Positions 37,581-51,200 of a stretch of DNA of 64,000 nucleotides are shown here, in pieces. Numbering within the stretch: position 1 is the stretch's first letter; each line of letters starts with the position of its first letter. The position numbers and the translations under genes were made by a program. The notes beneath the pieces are model-generated. The model saw nothing but the letters and a program-made list of their open reading frames with translations, was not told the origin of the DNA and did no database searches. This stretch comes from Lingula anatina (Eukaryota > Animalia > Brachiopoda), in the NCBI GenBank assembly GCA_051362555.1, contig CM120640.1, positions 30,647,967 to 30,711,966 on the forward strand, written 5' to 3'.

Positions 37581-38337
37581 TAAATATAAGTAAAGTATTA
37601 TAAAATGAATATTCTTTAATTTTTCATTGAACTTTATTCAAATATTATAAATTTTGAATATTTTAATAAAATCAATCTTACAGTACCCCCTCCCCACCTG
37701 TATTTTTTTTAGCTTTGGTTAAACTTCATGTGAATTTATTATCAAATTGCAGATTTACAATTAGTAGACCCTGTACCCAAAATCCTAGGAGAAGCCCTGA
37801 TTGAAACTATGTTAAATCATACTTATATGCAAGATTAAATCTTCAAGAGTTCACAAGTATGAAAAAAAACTTTTTATCTGAAAATGAATCCACTTTAAGG
37901 TGCATTTTCCAACTCATTTGATTGAATGTCTTGGTAATAAATGCATTAAATGTATGACTACAATTATTTATTTACAAAGTTCAATTAATAGAATGAATAG
38001 AAAAAAATATTGGTTTTGTTGGGCAGGTTGGATTGAAATTCGGACAGGTGCTCATAAAAGTTAGTGTCTAGCCCTGATTTTTCTGCAAAATTTGGTCCTG
38101 CACGTGGGCTATGCTGTAACAATTTAATGACAGCTTCAGATTGCATGGGATTGCACCCTTTTTGCATGAAATAATAAAAATTTTACCTTCGGAGGGCACA
38201 TCCACCGACCCCCCCCCCCCCCCCCCCCCCCTTTGTACCTCGCTTCGCAAGCCTCGGTACTCTCGCGAAAAAAAATAAGGGCTATTTTCGATTCCTGGGG
38301 AGAACCCTGACCCCTTGTATCTGCAGCTCCTTCTTCT

Positions 38338-38340
<3 letters not shown>

Positions 38341-38429
<89 letters not shown>
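38341..38429. repeat. (TC)n microsatellite
   Basis: Direct observation. Confidence 0.95.
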
Positions 38430-38431
<2 letters not shown>

Positions 38432-38640
38432 AAAACCCCAATCTTTCCGGTACAGATAACTACAACAATGTACTCACCCTTCTGTCATCAAGAATGTCTT
38501 TGCGTGCATTAAAAAGGATGCTGGAATCGTGGAATGTCCTGCTGCTTCAGATCAAACTTTTACTGTAACCCCTAACTATATCCTTGCCCTTGGTATAACG
38601 TTATTTCATAACGTGTGAAAATGTTCCCGCTCCGCCGAAC

Positions 38641-38669
38641 CAAGGAGTTATAACAGTTATAACTCCTTG
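38641..38669. mobile_element. 29-bp palindromic micro-insertion with 7-bp TSD (P-element-like termini)
   Basis: gccgaac|caaggagttataac-a-gttataactccttg|gccgaac. Confidence 0.6.
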
Positions 38670-39082
38670 GCCGAACTAAGCCCGACTTTAAAAAGTACAT
38701 GTGGGTCAAATAAAACCCGCAGTGAATACTGGGTCACATCTCGGTACATTCGGGCACACGAAGCGCCGCAGTTTTTCTCTGCGTCCAAGTTATTATATAT
38801 ATATATATCGCTTAAATGTGATATATTATTGATAATTGATGGAGAATATAATTACTACATAAAAGGTAATTTTAAATTCTTTTTTTACCTTTTTAACTTT
38901 TTTTATTGTTATCATATATTTTCTTTTTGCTTTAACTTTGCTCATAGACAATTAAATTATTAGCTGGATCTTAGCACTGCTAACATAACGCTCAATTTTA
39001 AGGAGGAAATGGAGCATTTACGGACCTTCGCATTAAAAGAAATTACCTTTAAAAGTATACTAAACTTACTTTAAAAGACCTT

Positions 39083-39317
39083 AAGACTGGTTTCCCATAC
39101 CTAGATCTATCTAACAGGATCGATCCATCTCCAAGGGGTTTCTCGCTAAATTGCTTTCAGATGAAGCGGGTTAGATGTCTGTCACGCCTACTGAAACTGC
39201 TAGGGGAATTATCGTTCAGCATCTAAACCGCTTAAGTTGATAGCAATTTACTGAGAATCTACTTGGTGATAGATCGATCCAAAGTTAGTACGATAGGGTC
39301 TGCGAATGATCCCTAAG
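39083..39317. mobile_element. Harbinger-like MITE (6565 family, diverged)
   Basis: gatcgatc-containing inverted ends and internal homology to 6565-6750. Confidence 0.4.
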
Positions 39318-39954
39318 TCATTTTTGTCTAAATACCCTGCAAAGCGACTAGTACACGTACTTAAATTACTTTAATAGACTGCGCTACAGACTGCGCTAGT
39401 ACTCTAATATGAGATATATTTGCACGTTTATTTATTTTTTTTTTAATAAAAAGGTCTACATTTCCCTCAATTCCAAGTTTATTTTCTCAGTGCCTGGTAA
39501 CGAAGGTTTTGCAAATGGCTTTCTAAGAGAATGCAGCTTTGTTGTGTTTCGTGTAAACCATTTGACTGTGCCCTGTCAACATATCGTCCAGCTAATCATG
39601 AGGGCCCGCTGGTAAAGTACTGATCTCAGTTCACGGCCGCGGAAAATAAAAATCATCAAATCACAAATCACATAAATTAATTAAAACTTTATTCGTATCT
39701 CATTGAAAATGCTAGTCCAGCGAGCTTAAAATAACTATCATCAAGTATAATGACTTCGTTTCACTGAGGACTGGGGATAAAAACCCGCATTTCACGATTC
39801 ACAGGAATGGGGTGCTTCACGGATGACGCTAATTAATAATAATAAATAAATAATTAAAAAAATAATTTAAAAAAAAAACGTTGCTAGCATCTCGGGAAAT
39901 GAAAAGTGGTTTTCACGGGTAACGAAAATACCCAATGAAGCCTTCAGTCATTGA

Positions 39955-40168
39955 CCCCATTCCCAGAGATTAGATCGATCTACTTTAGATCGACCTAACT
40001 CCCTGGGGGTTCACGCTAAATAGCTGTCAGCCGAGCGGACACGAAAGTTAATTACCCCCTTACAGCTTGTAGTAGGCGGGACGGACATTTAAGCCGGATT
40101 ATCTGACAGTAATCTAGTGAGACTCCCCGCAGGGATAGATCGATCTAAAAGCTCTGGGAATACAGCCA
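39955..40168. mobile_element. Harbinger-like MITE (6565 family, inverted)
   Basis: attcccagag-attagatcgatcta / tagatcgatcta-aaagctctgggaat TIRs. Confidence 0.55.
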
Positions 40169-41069
40169 TTGTCTTAACTAAAATGTAGGTTTTATTAATT
40201 ACTAAAATATTTCAAAAGCATCAAACAACTAAAATTAATCATCTTCGACAAAAATAAGCCACGGAGGAATTCTCAGTTTTTAAAAGCCGGGCGACACCGC
40301 GAAAGTCGCTGCAAGTTATTTATTACGTTATTTAGATAAACATTCTAGACATTTTCTGAAACATTACACTTGCTTCCTAACAAGTTCCTAATTTTTTTTT
40401 TACTTTATTGAAAATAAACTTAAAGGTGGATGTGAGATGGTGTTGTGAGGGACAGTAACAAAGGTTAAAATTGAATCCGAATTTCGTGTTTTAAATATGA
40501 TTAGCGCAGGTGCTGAGCTAACTTATGCAACAATTTTCGTGTGCATCGAAAGACTCGCGAGAGAAATAATTACTGCAAAATGTAATCGCTCCTCATTTCT
40601 CTTGTTGGCACTCTCTCCATGTCCAGCGGTACTTGTAGTGCCCAGTCCACCAAATACTTATTACAAAACAGACAATAACATTGATTTCTCTTGCACATTT
40701 CGTTATCATGAATTCCCCAATAAGATTGATTAAGATTCCTTTTATCATGTCTTAGCAAATTGATTTTGAGAAGCGCGCGCACCCCCCCACACACACAGAG
40801 GAGAGAGAGAGAGAAAGAGAGAGAGAGAGAAAGAGCAGGTTAAATTTCTTAGGTGATAGGAACAATCAACAAAGATCAACATAAACCGTCTCGAATCGGA
40901 CTTCTCACAACATTTTTTTCTTTCATTAAACTTAACAAATTCAAGCCGTCAAATTATATAAGATTTTACTTCAAATAACCAAAAATATCATATCCATACA
41001 TAGACATACTGTCAAAAGATACTGGTAGATCAACTTAAACAGTCTTGAGTCAGAATTCTCACAATATTT

Positions 41070-41103
<34 letters not shown>

Positions 41104-43241
41104 TTCTTTAATTTTTAAAAAACAAATTCAAGTTGTTACATCGTCTAAGATTTAATTTAAAAAATATCATATTGCATACATTGACATACTTTATGAGCAT
41201 TTCTGTAGTTGTCGTGACCTAAATTTCTTTGTCTTGGAAACTCGCTGATGAAAAGAGTATGTGTACTTATCTAAATATAAGTAATCTACAGGCCTTTTCG
41301 ATATTTTGGCTATACATAAGTCTTGACGAATCTCTCCCTGATATCTTTTATTTTATAAGTTTTTTTGTTATACGTGTATTTTATGATAACCCTGTAAGAA
41401 TGTTAGCATGGCTTTATTATGAATTTTCGATAAAAAACTAGTAGAATACAATAACAGAACAAGAAACAAAGATGACTGAGCTGTTTTTAGTGGTTTCTTT
41501 CGACAGGATTTACGATTTATTACGAGGCGGTCTATCTATACTACACTGAAGCTTGGACTAAATAACGAATAACGTTATTATATCCAAGACTGAAGGCATC
41601 CGTAACTGTTTTTGGATTAAAATACTCTAGATTAAGCAGAATTATCATATCAAAAACACCAAAAAGTGATATCTCAAATCTACCGGAGCAGTGAATTTTT
41701 ATTTTATTTCCGTTATCAGATTTCACAATTAACTCTTATGCCTAGATTACATTAGAAAAGCGTGTCGTGCGATGAAATTAAATACGATTTTCCGTGCGTT
41801 TTTTTTTAACGACGTACGGGCTACAGCGAATACGTTTACATTACGGGTGGGTTAATGTTAATGTTGATGTTAATCAATCACCAAAATATTTATTTTATTA
41901 CGAAACAGTGTCTATTTTTACACAGATAATAAAAATCAGTCAATGGGTACACAGTGATGCTTTAAGGCCTTCTTTAAATTCTGCTGCTGCTATGCAGAGA
42001 CGGAATAAATATAAAACATTGTTGCATGTATCAGACTATCTCGAAAGTAAATCATTTACTAGAATAAAATGGCGATTGTTTTATTTATCATTACTTTTAC
42101 AATTAGAGTGAGCTCCCGGTATTATTCCATTGCTGACGAAATCAATACTGGAGACGACGGTTATATTGACGCGGATAAAGAAATTAAATCCTAACTTGAG
42201 CTTTAACCTTGGTCATTATTAGTAATTTTGCCCATGCTTTAACTAAAGCGTTTTACTACAGGCAAGAGATAAACCTGAACAGATGAACAGGTCCAGCAGT
42301 GAGGTATCATCCTCACCCGCTCTTCTCTTGATGGATGACGGCGCCTCTTGATGGATGACGGCGCAGAAAAATGTAAAGTGCGTACTGGTGTCGCCAGACA
42401 CCTTTTTTTTTCTAGAACTTCTTCATGCCATTTTCTTCATTTTTTTTCTTTTACAGATCTTGTATCAATGCTCCAACTTAAACATACCCGGGCCCATCAT
42501 AATACGTTGATAAAAAACGAATAGAACAATATATAAAAGATTGGTGGGGGCATTTTCTACAATAAAACACCCACACTAAAAGTAATAATAAGAGATACCT
42601 AAATTTCTGCTCACTGTCTTTTCGCCGTCATTCGTTTTTGTCTAAATCATCATTTTGTGCATTGTCTTCAATAATTCATGAAGTCCAGATTTTGGGAGAG
42701 GGGCAACTGCCGCAATGAAGCCCACGTAATCCTCTAGCTAATTTCATTTACAAGCACACTTACCACATCGTCACCGTAACACCAATATAAGCTCTTTCTG
42801 TAAAATAACAAAATTTCTGTCCATAATCAACTGACTTTGTAAGAATGAAAACATCAATTGAATAACATGACTATAAACCAATGTTATATGGTATGTTTAA
42901 CCTGAAGCTAGGGGATGAACAAGGACAGTGAGAAGTCGTTCTCTGTAATGGGTTCCTGACCACTCCTCTAGGTCCAACCTTATCAGTAAAATACGTCAGG
43001 GGGTGTTCCATGCCAAGTAAGTGTCTCGTCTGTCAAGCTGCAGGCAAATATGACATCAGTGCAAACATTGAATCGCCGAGTAGGAGAAGGAGGGGAGGGG
43101 GGGCATCGAAAACATTACTCACTTGAAGTTGGCCATGGACTGACTGGGGTCTCGATCCTCGATGCAATATATCAAGAACTTGTTTATAAATATGTAAGGG
43201 GTAAAGGAATGAACAGGGCCCATCATCCTCTTCTCCGCTAA

Positions 43242-43827
43242 GGCCCCTATTTCACACAGACCACGAATCCCATGAATCTCCAGGAATTGACAAATTTCAG
43301 GATTCGGCTGGAATCGTGAGATTTTGCCAATTTTCTGGTCTAATTCGAAACGCTCTACGATTCAGTTACGATACAGGTGCGATAGTGTTACGAATATTCG
43401 TGGCATTCGGCTGGAATCGAACGAATATTGTCCAGAAATTCACTACGATTTTTTGGAATCGGGAGTTCGTGGCCAAAACTTTGAACAGCTCAAATTTTTT
43501 GCCACGAATTCCCGATTTATCAAGAATTGCAAGGACTGACTACGATCATATACGAATCTGTTAAGAACTTCACGAACTGATTACGATTCAACCACGAATC
43601 CTGAAATTTTCAATTCCTGGCGATTTGTGGGATTCGTGGTCTGTGTGAAATAGGGGTATCAAAGTTTTTGCCACCAATTCCTGTTGGTCAAGAAGTGCAA
43701 GAACTGACTACGAATATATACGAATCTGTTAAGAAATTCACGAACTGATTACGATTCAACCAAGAATCGTGAAATTTGTCAATTCATGGCCATTCGTGGG
43801 ATTCGAGGTCTGTGTGAAATAGGGGCA
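43242..43827. mobile_element. Harbinger-like MITE with tandemly duplicated right arm
   Basis: taa|ggcccctatttcacacagaccacgaatccc ... gggattcgtggtctgtgtgaaatagggg (ends ~43656), with the right arm repeated again to 43827|taa; internal (acgaat/attcgt) motifs. Confidence 0.75.
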
Positions 43828-46815
43828 TAACAACTGACGTGGCTGAAAATGTAAGGGCGGGGTGGGGGAGGGGAATAAGCTCCTATCCCCCCCCCCCCCC
43901 CCCCCGCCCCTGCAAATATTTTTCTCAACCTACTGTCCTTATCGCATGGAAATAAATAAATACGGTGTTAGGTATGTGTGATGTAATCAGGGCGCTGGAA
44001 ATTACTTTTATTTGATTTATTTATTTATTTGTTTTGGAAACTTTTAAAATCAGACTGAAAGAGTGCTTTCTTATGCAAGAATGATAACTTCCAAAATATC
44101 TCTAAACCGAAATCATAAGAATGGAGATACTCATAATAAACGCGTCTGCTTTCTCTGAATTTCGTTATTTGCATCACAGTGTGGGAAACCCCCTTAAACC
44201 ATCCCGGGGCCCCCACATTACATAAAATACCCTTTAATAATAAAACCCCAGGGCTTGAAGCCCAGGCTCACATCTTTGGATAACGCTATCTGTAATACTG
44301 CTACAGAGATTCCCAGGTTCCTTGTCTTAAAGTCTGCACACGGAAAAGAATGAAACGACTCCATGTTGTAACTTCAACAGAATATATTTTGCTACACTAA
44401 AAGTTACATGATGCAAGTATGACCTCTCTCCTCCTCTCTCTAGCTCTCCCCCCTAGATTTAAGTTTACAGATTTTTATACAAAACTTTATCAGTTAAACT
44501 GTCCATCACATAACTTAAAAACTGATAGGTTACTTCATACACAAGGCCACCTTCTTCCAGGTGGGCACTCCTAATAACACCCTGTAATCTAGTTCTAACA
44601 GATTACTGGCTTCAGAACAAAGGACATTAAAATTTGAACTGCAAGGTGTGAAGCATTATCTGAACAACTTGTACAACTTGGCTTCCCATGTCTGAATTTT
44701 ATCAAACAATGGCTTCCTCTGATTGAGTTAATACAACATCATGTATGAAAGTTTTAAAAGTACTAATTACACTTTTTTTCTATACTATGGTTCCTGACAA
44801 CAGGCTGATGATTAAAAAAAGGTAGACATGAAGACATTTAACGTGAACATAAATTTGTGTTGTACTAATATGCGAATATAGAGTAGAAACTTAGTATGTC
44901 TTTTTACTGGAAGCAACTATACTGGGTTTATTTCACAACTCAAATTTTCAGTCAATGCAGATAAGGAAATGACAGAAAAAGTCAAACTGAAATGACACAC
45001 CAAACGAAACCATTGAATATTGTCACAGAAAAGCAAAGTGTGTATAAAAAGGGCCAATACATTATCTTTAATGTGGTTTTTAATACTTCTTAATACTTAT
45101 TATCTATTTTGACCTGGAATTTAACATATTATGTATTACTGCAAACTTAATTTATTATCGTGTATTTATTTATTATTTCATCTATTTTCCTCTTGTGGGT
45201 AATTAACCTGTGCTTTATTCCCCTTTTCTTTCAACTCGGGTCAACACACTCCATGCCATAGAGTTGCTGTGTACATGTAACTGAAGGATAGCCTTTGGAG
45301 TCTACAATACAAAGTAAAATGTGTCCCTCAACAAGGTGGGACTACAGAGCTATACTGGCGAAGAGCAGATTTGCAATTTCTTTTGGATTTCAAACTCTTT
45401 CCTTTGCTCTCAATCTTCTAAACATCTGAACTGAACAGTCCCCCTGCAGACAATCTCCAACCGCAAGCGTAGCTTGGACTTATTTTTAACATAACTAAAA
45501 AACTGCCTGCTTGTATAGAAATGTAAGACTTTTTAATTTAAACATGGGCACCCTAAACTGTAAAAAATATCTGTTTATTGGACACGTCTATACACTGTAT
45601 TTACTCATTAAAGACGTCCGGAGGTTGGCGCGGTAAACAAATACACTGCTTCATTTATAAATAACAACACTGACTATATTTCAAATAAGAAAAGTTAAAA
45701 AAAAAAGGAGTTGACGTTTGAGTTTTTCTATAAACAGTACCCAATGTCCGTCAAAAGAACTGTATAAGGCTTTTACTTTAAGATAATGATTTCCTGTTTA
45801 TATATGAATATTTGAATATGAATATAAATTATTTTCCTGTACAGTTTTCTTTCAAAAGAACGGAAGGAAAAGTCTTTAAACTGTCTTATTTGATGAAAAA
45901 GTTTCATATCAACAGCTGAATGTAAATAAACGATATTTTGGTTCTAAGTCACCACTGTAATCATATACTCTTCGAAAATTCCCCTCTCATGTGGGAAGTT
46001 ATTTCTTTTTATAGCCAAATCGAATTCTCCAAGTGGAGCGACCCATCGTGGCATATTTAACCTCGGCCTCGGGCTGATCACTTGGCATGTCGAATTCCAC
46101 GAGACTTTCAGGGGAAAGGTTCTTGGTGATCGTGTACGCCACTAATTCAACCAACTCCACACAGTCTCACCACAGCGTTGTGCGGAACTCATGGCACACT
46201 AACTAAGGGAAATAATGTAATTTAAAATCTGGTAGAACAAAATTATATAAAGAATATTTTTGGAAATAAGCAAACAAGTAAACAAAAATTAATAAACAAA
46301 ATTATAAAAAGCTAAATAAATATATAAATAATACGGTGTAGATATATTAATAAAAAAGAATGAAAGAAAGATAAAAAATGAAAAAATGAAAAGAAAAATA
46401 CTGCAAATGGAGTGAAAATTATTTCCTTCCTGCAGTTTCACAAAAGTCAATTATTATAAACAGAATGCGACTATAATATGATGAATACATTGAGTCTTTA
46501 GTTTCTTATATATTGTATACCTTTTAATCACTCGACTAGCTGACGCCGGAATACATATAGTTCTTTTCCCTCCTCTCGCCTATATCTTAATTTTCTTATG
46601 TAAATAATCCTGGGGACAGTCCGGCGTTTTCATTGTTCGACAGCTAATCTTGATCACCAGTATGATGATTGACGTTTGTATATATAACTGCCAATCAAGC
46701 CATCCACTTTTAATAGCTTTGATTGGCACCTCTCAATCACAGGAAGTAAAAGCTCTTTCGCAGCATGATTGTGATTGACGTTTGTTTAACTAACCGTCAA
46801 TCAACCTGTCAAATT

Positions 46816-47059
46816 TGACAGCTTTGATTGACACCTATCAATCACAGGAGATAAGAGTTCTTTGGCGGTATGGATGTGATTGACGATCGCGAGATGTTAG
46901 AGTTCTTTTATTCTACAAAGAAATTGTAGGAGCTGTCTGACAGCTTTGATTGACACCTATCAATCACAGGAGATAAGAGTTCTTTGGCGGTATGGATGTG
47001 ATTGACGATCGCGAGATGTTAGAGTTCTTTTATTCTACAAAGAAATTGTAGGAGCTGTC
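46816..47059. repeat. Exact ~120-bp tandem duplication (plus diverged upstream unit)
   Basis: gacagctttgattgacacc...gtaggagctgtc present twice. Confidence 0.85.
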
Positions 47060-48227
47060 CGCAATGGACAGATTCCCCCGGAACCGGAATTTTTGAAGCA
47101 AGGTTTATACAAAGGAAAGAAAAGCAGGCAAATCTCATATAGTATTATGTGCTCTCAGACAGAAAATATATGTCATTTATACATAAGCCGGTATATACCA
47201 AAAATAGAAATAGAAACAGTTACAAGTATAGTAGCCAACCAAATAGATGAATAAAGGAACAAAGAAATATATGGAAAGAATTATTTACAGACCAAAAATG
47301 CATGAATAAAAAAATCAAAGATAATAACCATGAGGCTTTTTTTTTGCTATTCTCAAACTTACTGGAGTAATTCGTGTTATGATAAATACAGTCCATGTTC
47401 GAATTGCAGATATATTAGGTCTTTTTCCTTAAATTACCCCGCTTTTTCACTTTTATGTTATACTTTATAATGTAAGACTTGTTAATGCAATAAATGGAAA
47501 ACCCCGTGACTTATCATACTGAAATTTACAGAATCACTTTTTAGCATGAGTATTAGAATACAACGGCAAATGTCAGCTTTATCGGACCATTTTTGACGAA
47601 GGTTATCCCATGTCCCCCCTTTCCTTCGAATGGAATGTGTCGTCTCTCCTGACGCACTGCGTTCCGTAGTTGTTATAGCTACAGCTTGCTCCAGTCCGTC
47701 TTAACACTTTCTTCAAAAATAATTTGTAATCGGATATACATACATATTTTAGCGTTAAAGAATCTAGATATGATTTGAGTCGCTACGAAAGAAAATAATA
47801 AAGTTTGATAAAAGTATTGATCAAATAGGCCCATGATCACCTGCAGGGGCCTCAAGTACAGTAATCACTGTTATATGGTGAGGCCTACTCTTTTTTCATA
47901 CAAACGAAATTCAAGAATTTTGGACACTTTTGAAATAAGTGCATTCAGTACAAAAAGTTTCGAGTATTAAAAAAATCCTTATATTACTCCGGAGAAATTA
48001 TAAGAAAAATTATCATATCAGCGCCCTCTATCATTTATGGCTGTCTTCACTAGCACAATATGGTGAAATTCATGGACACCGTCACAATCATGTTGAGATA
48101 GACTCTGAGGTCAAATACTGTAGCATTAACACTGTTGTAACTCAATTTCTTCTATTCTCCCCTACATCATCATTGACAGTTGCCAGAGAGGGAGATTCCC
48201 TCGCATGCCCTACGTCCCCCACCCCGA

Positions 48228-48237
48228 CACACAGACA

Positions 48238-48273
<36 letters not shown>
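48228..48273. repeat. (CA)n microsatellite
   Basis: Direct observation. Confidence 0.9.
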
Positions 48274-51200
48274 ACTATTTTTATGGTTTGGAAATAGTAA
48301 CGCCTCGGTTAGAAATGTGTTGTTAAGCAGTTTGCCATAATAAAATACTTCGACTACACAAAATGATATAGAAAAAACAAATCGGCAATTAAGAAATTCA
48401 CTTAATTCCATTTCGAGTCATTCAATGTTTCAAGAATTTCATCGGCTGTTTTATAACTTGGTCATGCTAACAGCCTGTTTTAATCAATAATTAAAACAAG
48501 TCAATTTTCGCGCTCCGAAATTTCATTCTTCATTGTGTGGCTTATTGCACACCCCAGGTAGAGGTGACACTCACGTCGTTAGCCTAACTTTTTATGTAAC
48601 TGGATCATTTTTGAAATATTGTAGAGATTTCTTTGTAAAGTCCCAAATATCTCATTTCGTAAAAAATCATTTTTTGATTTAAAAAATTATCATTCTGTCC
48701 TTCAAACCGCAATCTGTACTACTCTGTTTTTAGTCTATTGTCTATGGGGACAGTTCTGCAAAAGCACGAAATCTCATTCATTAGCGCTTCTGTTTTATGT
48801 TTTCTGATGTATTCTGAATAATCGCGCAAATACAGTAGGCCCTAGTGCATATATGAAAATGTGCAATATTTCGTGCAAGTAGGTAAACATACTTGATGTG
48901 ATAACATTTGCTGTGACTTATTTTAATGTGGTGATCGCCGACAGTTTGTGTAGTTCAAAAATAGCAAACTTTGACTTCACGTAAATTCTGTCGGCACTTT
49001 ATGTTCCATCTGTAACTGACAGTAGAAGAACACATACTGTCACGGCGTAGGGATTTTACGTCGTTTTTTTTTTCACGCGCCATTCGTCGCGTTCGTTGTA
49101 AAAACGCTAATTTCAATGAAAAATGCCGATAATTTCTTTCTTTTTTAAATTTTTAAAGTTTCAATTTAAAGACATGATAGGCGAGTATGAAAGCTTCATT
49201 TTTATTCATTGGGGCAACATTTCAGAGGAAGAAATTGATAAAGCAAATCAGCGCTTAATTATAACGCCACGGTGATTTTCTAGCATAGAAACAGCATAAC
49301 AAATTATCTTAATTTTAGTTCCCTTCGTAGCGTTGACGCTTTGTCAGTTAATTTTCTAGTGCTGCGTTTTTAGTAAAGGCTCTCTTTCTCAATAGACGTC
49401 ATTTTTTAATTCTAACTTCATCTTTGTGAATTACTATAGTTGAAACATACGGTAGTTATATAAGTAGAAAAGATAAATCTGTACAGGGTTTTTTTAGAGA
49501 CAAAAGTTGTTAAAGTTTGTATAACCTGGTGTGTTCAAGTTAAAGGACACTGGTAAATACCCGGAGGCACTCAAAACTCAATTTCACCGACTCTCCCAAA
49601 CCTTTTATACCATCTACCATACCTTCCCCCCTCATTTTTGTGCCGCTTTATTTCAACATATTTCCTTTTATTCCAACTTTCTCTATTGAATGGTTCGTCG
49701 ACATCTAATTTTAAACTAAAATATCATATTGCCATTTCCAATGGCTTATTAGGTAATTTCTTTATGAACTTTTCCTCCCCCTCCCCACCTCGCGTTATGT
49801 CTTCACTAACAATCATGGTTGAGACAGCATCAGAGTCAAAACACCGCAGTCTAATGGCTCGGATCATTACTCTTATTAAAACAGATTGTTCATTTGTAAG
49901 TATACAGTACTGGTTGGTGTTCTTTTCTCGAAAAATAGACTTAGTGTCTGGATTAACAAAGGCGTGAAATTGTGAACTTTGTCCGAAACTGTTCATGCGT
50001 GTTTTCAATACTATATAATTGTGCAGGTAAAAATATTAAATCAATGTAATCCTCTGTCCGTCCCATGTCCCTAAAACTGTAAATCTAAAACCAGCTGCCG
50101 AGTTTCTGATCGTAGTATTTTTGTATTTTCCTCCAGATGGCGCTATCGTACGGTCTAATTGGTCAAACAGTCAAAACTGCTCAGATATTAAAATCAGTGT
50201 GCCATATTGAGTCATATCAAGATAGCCAGTGACCTACATAATGTCGTTTCAATTTGGGTGGTTTAGGGTCTGAAGTTAATTTTCGTCTGGTATTTTTTTG
50301 AAAATATACTGAACACCAACTCGTCCTATGTATTTTTAATGTTGTCAATTACAAATGAAGTTTCATCCGTAAAATATTGGTAAGAGTTGAAAAGGAAAGG
50401 CGGCCACTTCAGGCTGCCACCTCCCCCTACCATGAATGTAATGGGATGGAGAGCCTGATAGGAGACGTCACTGCCTCATTGCTGAGTGATCAGGAAGTGG
50501 AGCGAAGGCGGCTTAGATATTAAGTATACGAATATCGTAATTTCAGCCATATCAATATAATGTTTTAAGAAACCAATGTTAGGTATTTGGTGATAAGTTA
50601 CTTGTGATTTATTTTTGAAAAGTATTTTGACACCCGTTTGTTTAAAAGTGGTTTTGACTATTTCCCAACATTTTCCCCACGTAGGCCTACCATTTATTTT
50701 CTCCTTTACTTCAACTCATCACGTCTCATAAAACAAAGGAAGATGCAGTTGCACTTCTTGTTCAGTATTTTGACCTTCTTCGGTAGAAATAGTAGTGGTA
50801 GTGGAAGTTTACCGTGAGAAATGGCCAAGGAGGGAAAAATGGTGTGAAATGTCTTGTGAGGGTCTGGCTATTGACATGTTGATATTTACACGTACCCGGT
50901 AGTGAGCGGTTGGTAGTGGAATTATAAAATTTAATGTACACTTCCATTTCGAATATTGGCAAGATTTCATAAATTAATATATAATATTTCATTGCATTAA
51001 AATGTGTGAGCTAAATTGAAGTTGTATTGATTTCTGCGTGACATATTATAAGATCAACCTTTCAAGACATAAGGAGCGAAATGCTCAAAATGCTGTTTGG
51101 AACGGATTTGAAAAGGCTTTGTCTTTTACGTGTTTTTTTTTCAATAACATTACGAATTTACGAATTAAATGTAACATATTTAAAACGTAATGATATATCA

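Larger units (their letters stand above)
35021..38309. mobile_element. Non-autonomous hAT-like element (7-bp TSD, hATw-like) containing a nested Tc1
   Basis: Perfect 16-bp TIR cagggttctccccagg / cctggggagaaccctg; TSD acccctt on both sides (35014-35020, 38310-38316). Confidence 0.75.

Noticed and set aside
38136-38512. RE/SL-repeat ORFs
   Set aside because: Translations of the (TC)n microsatellite
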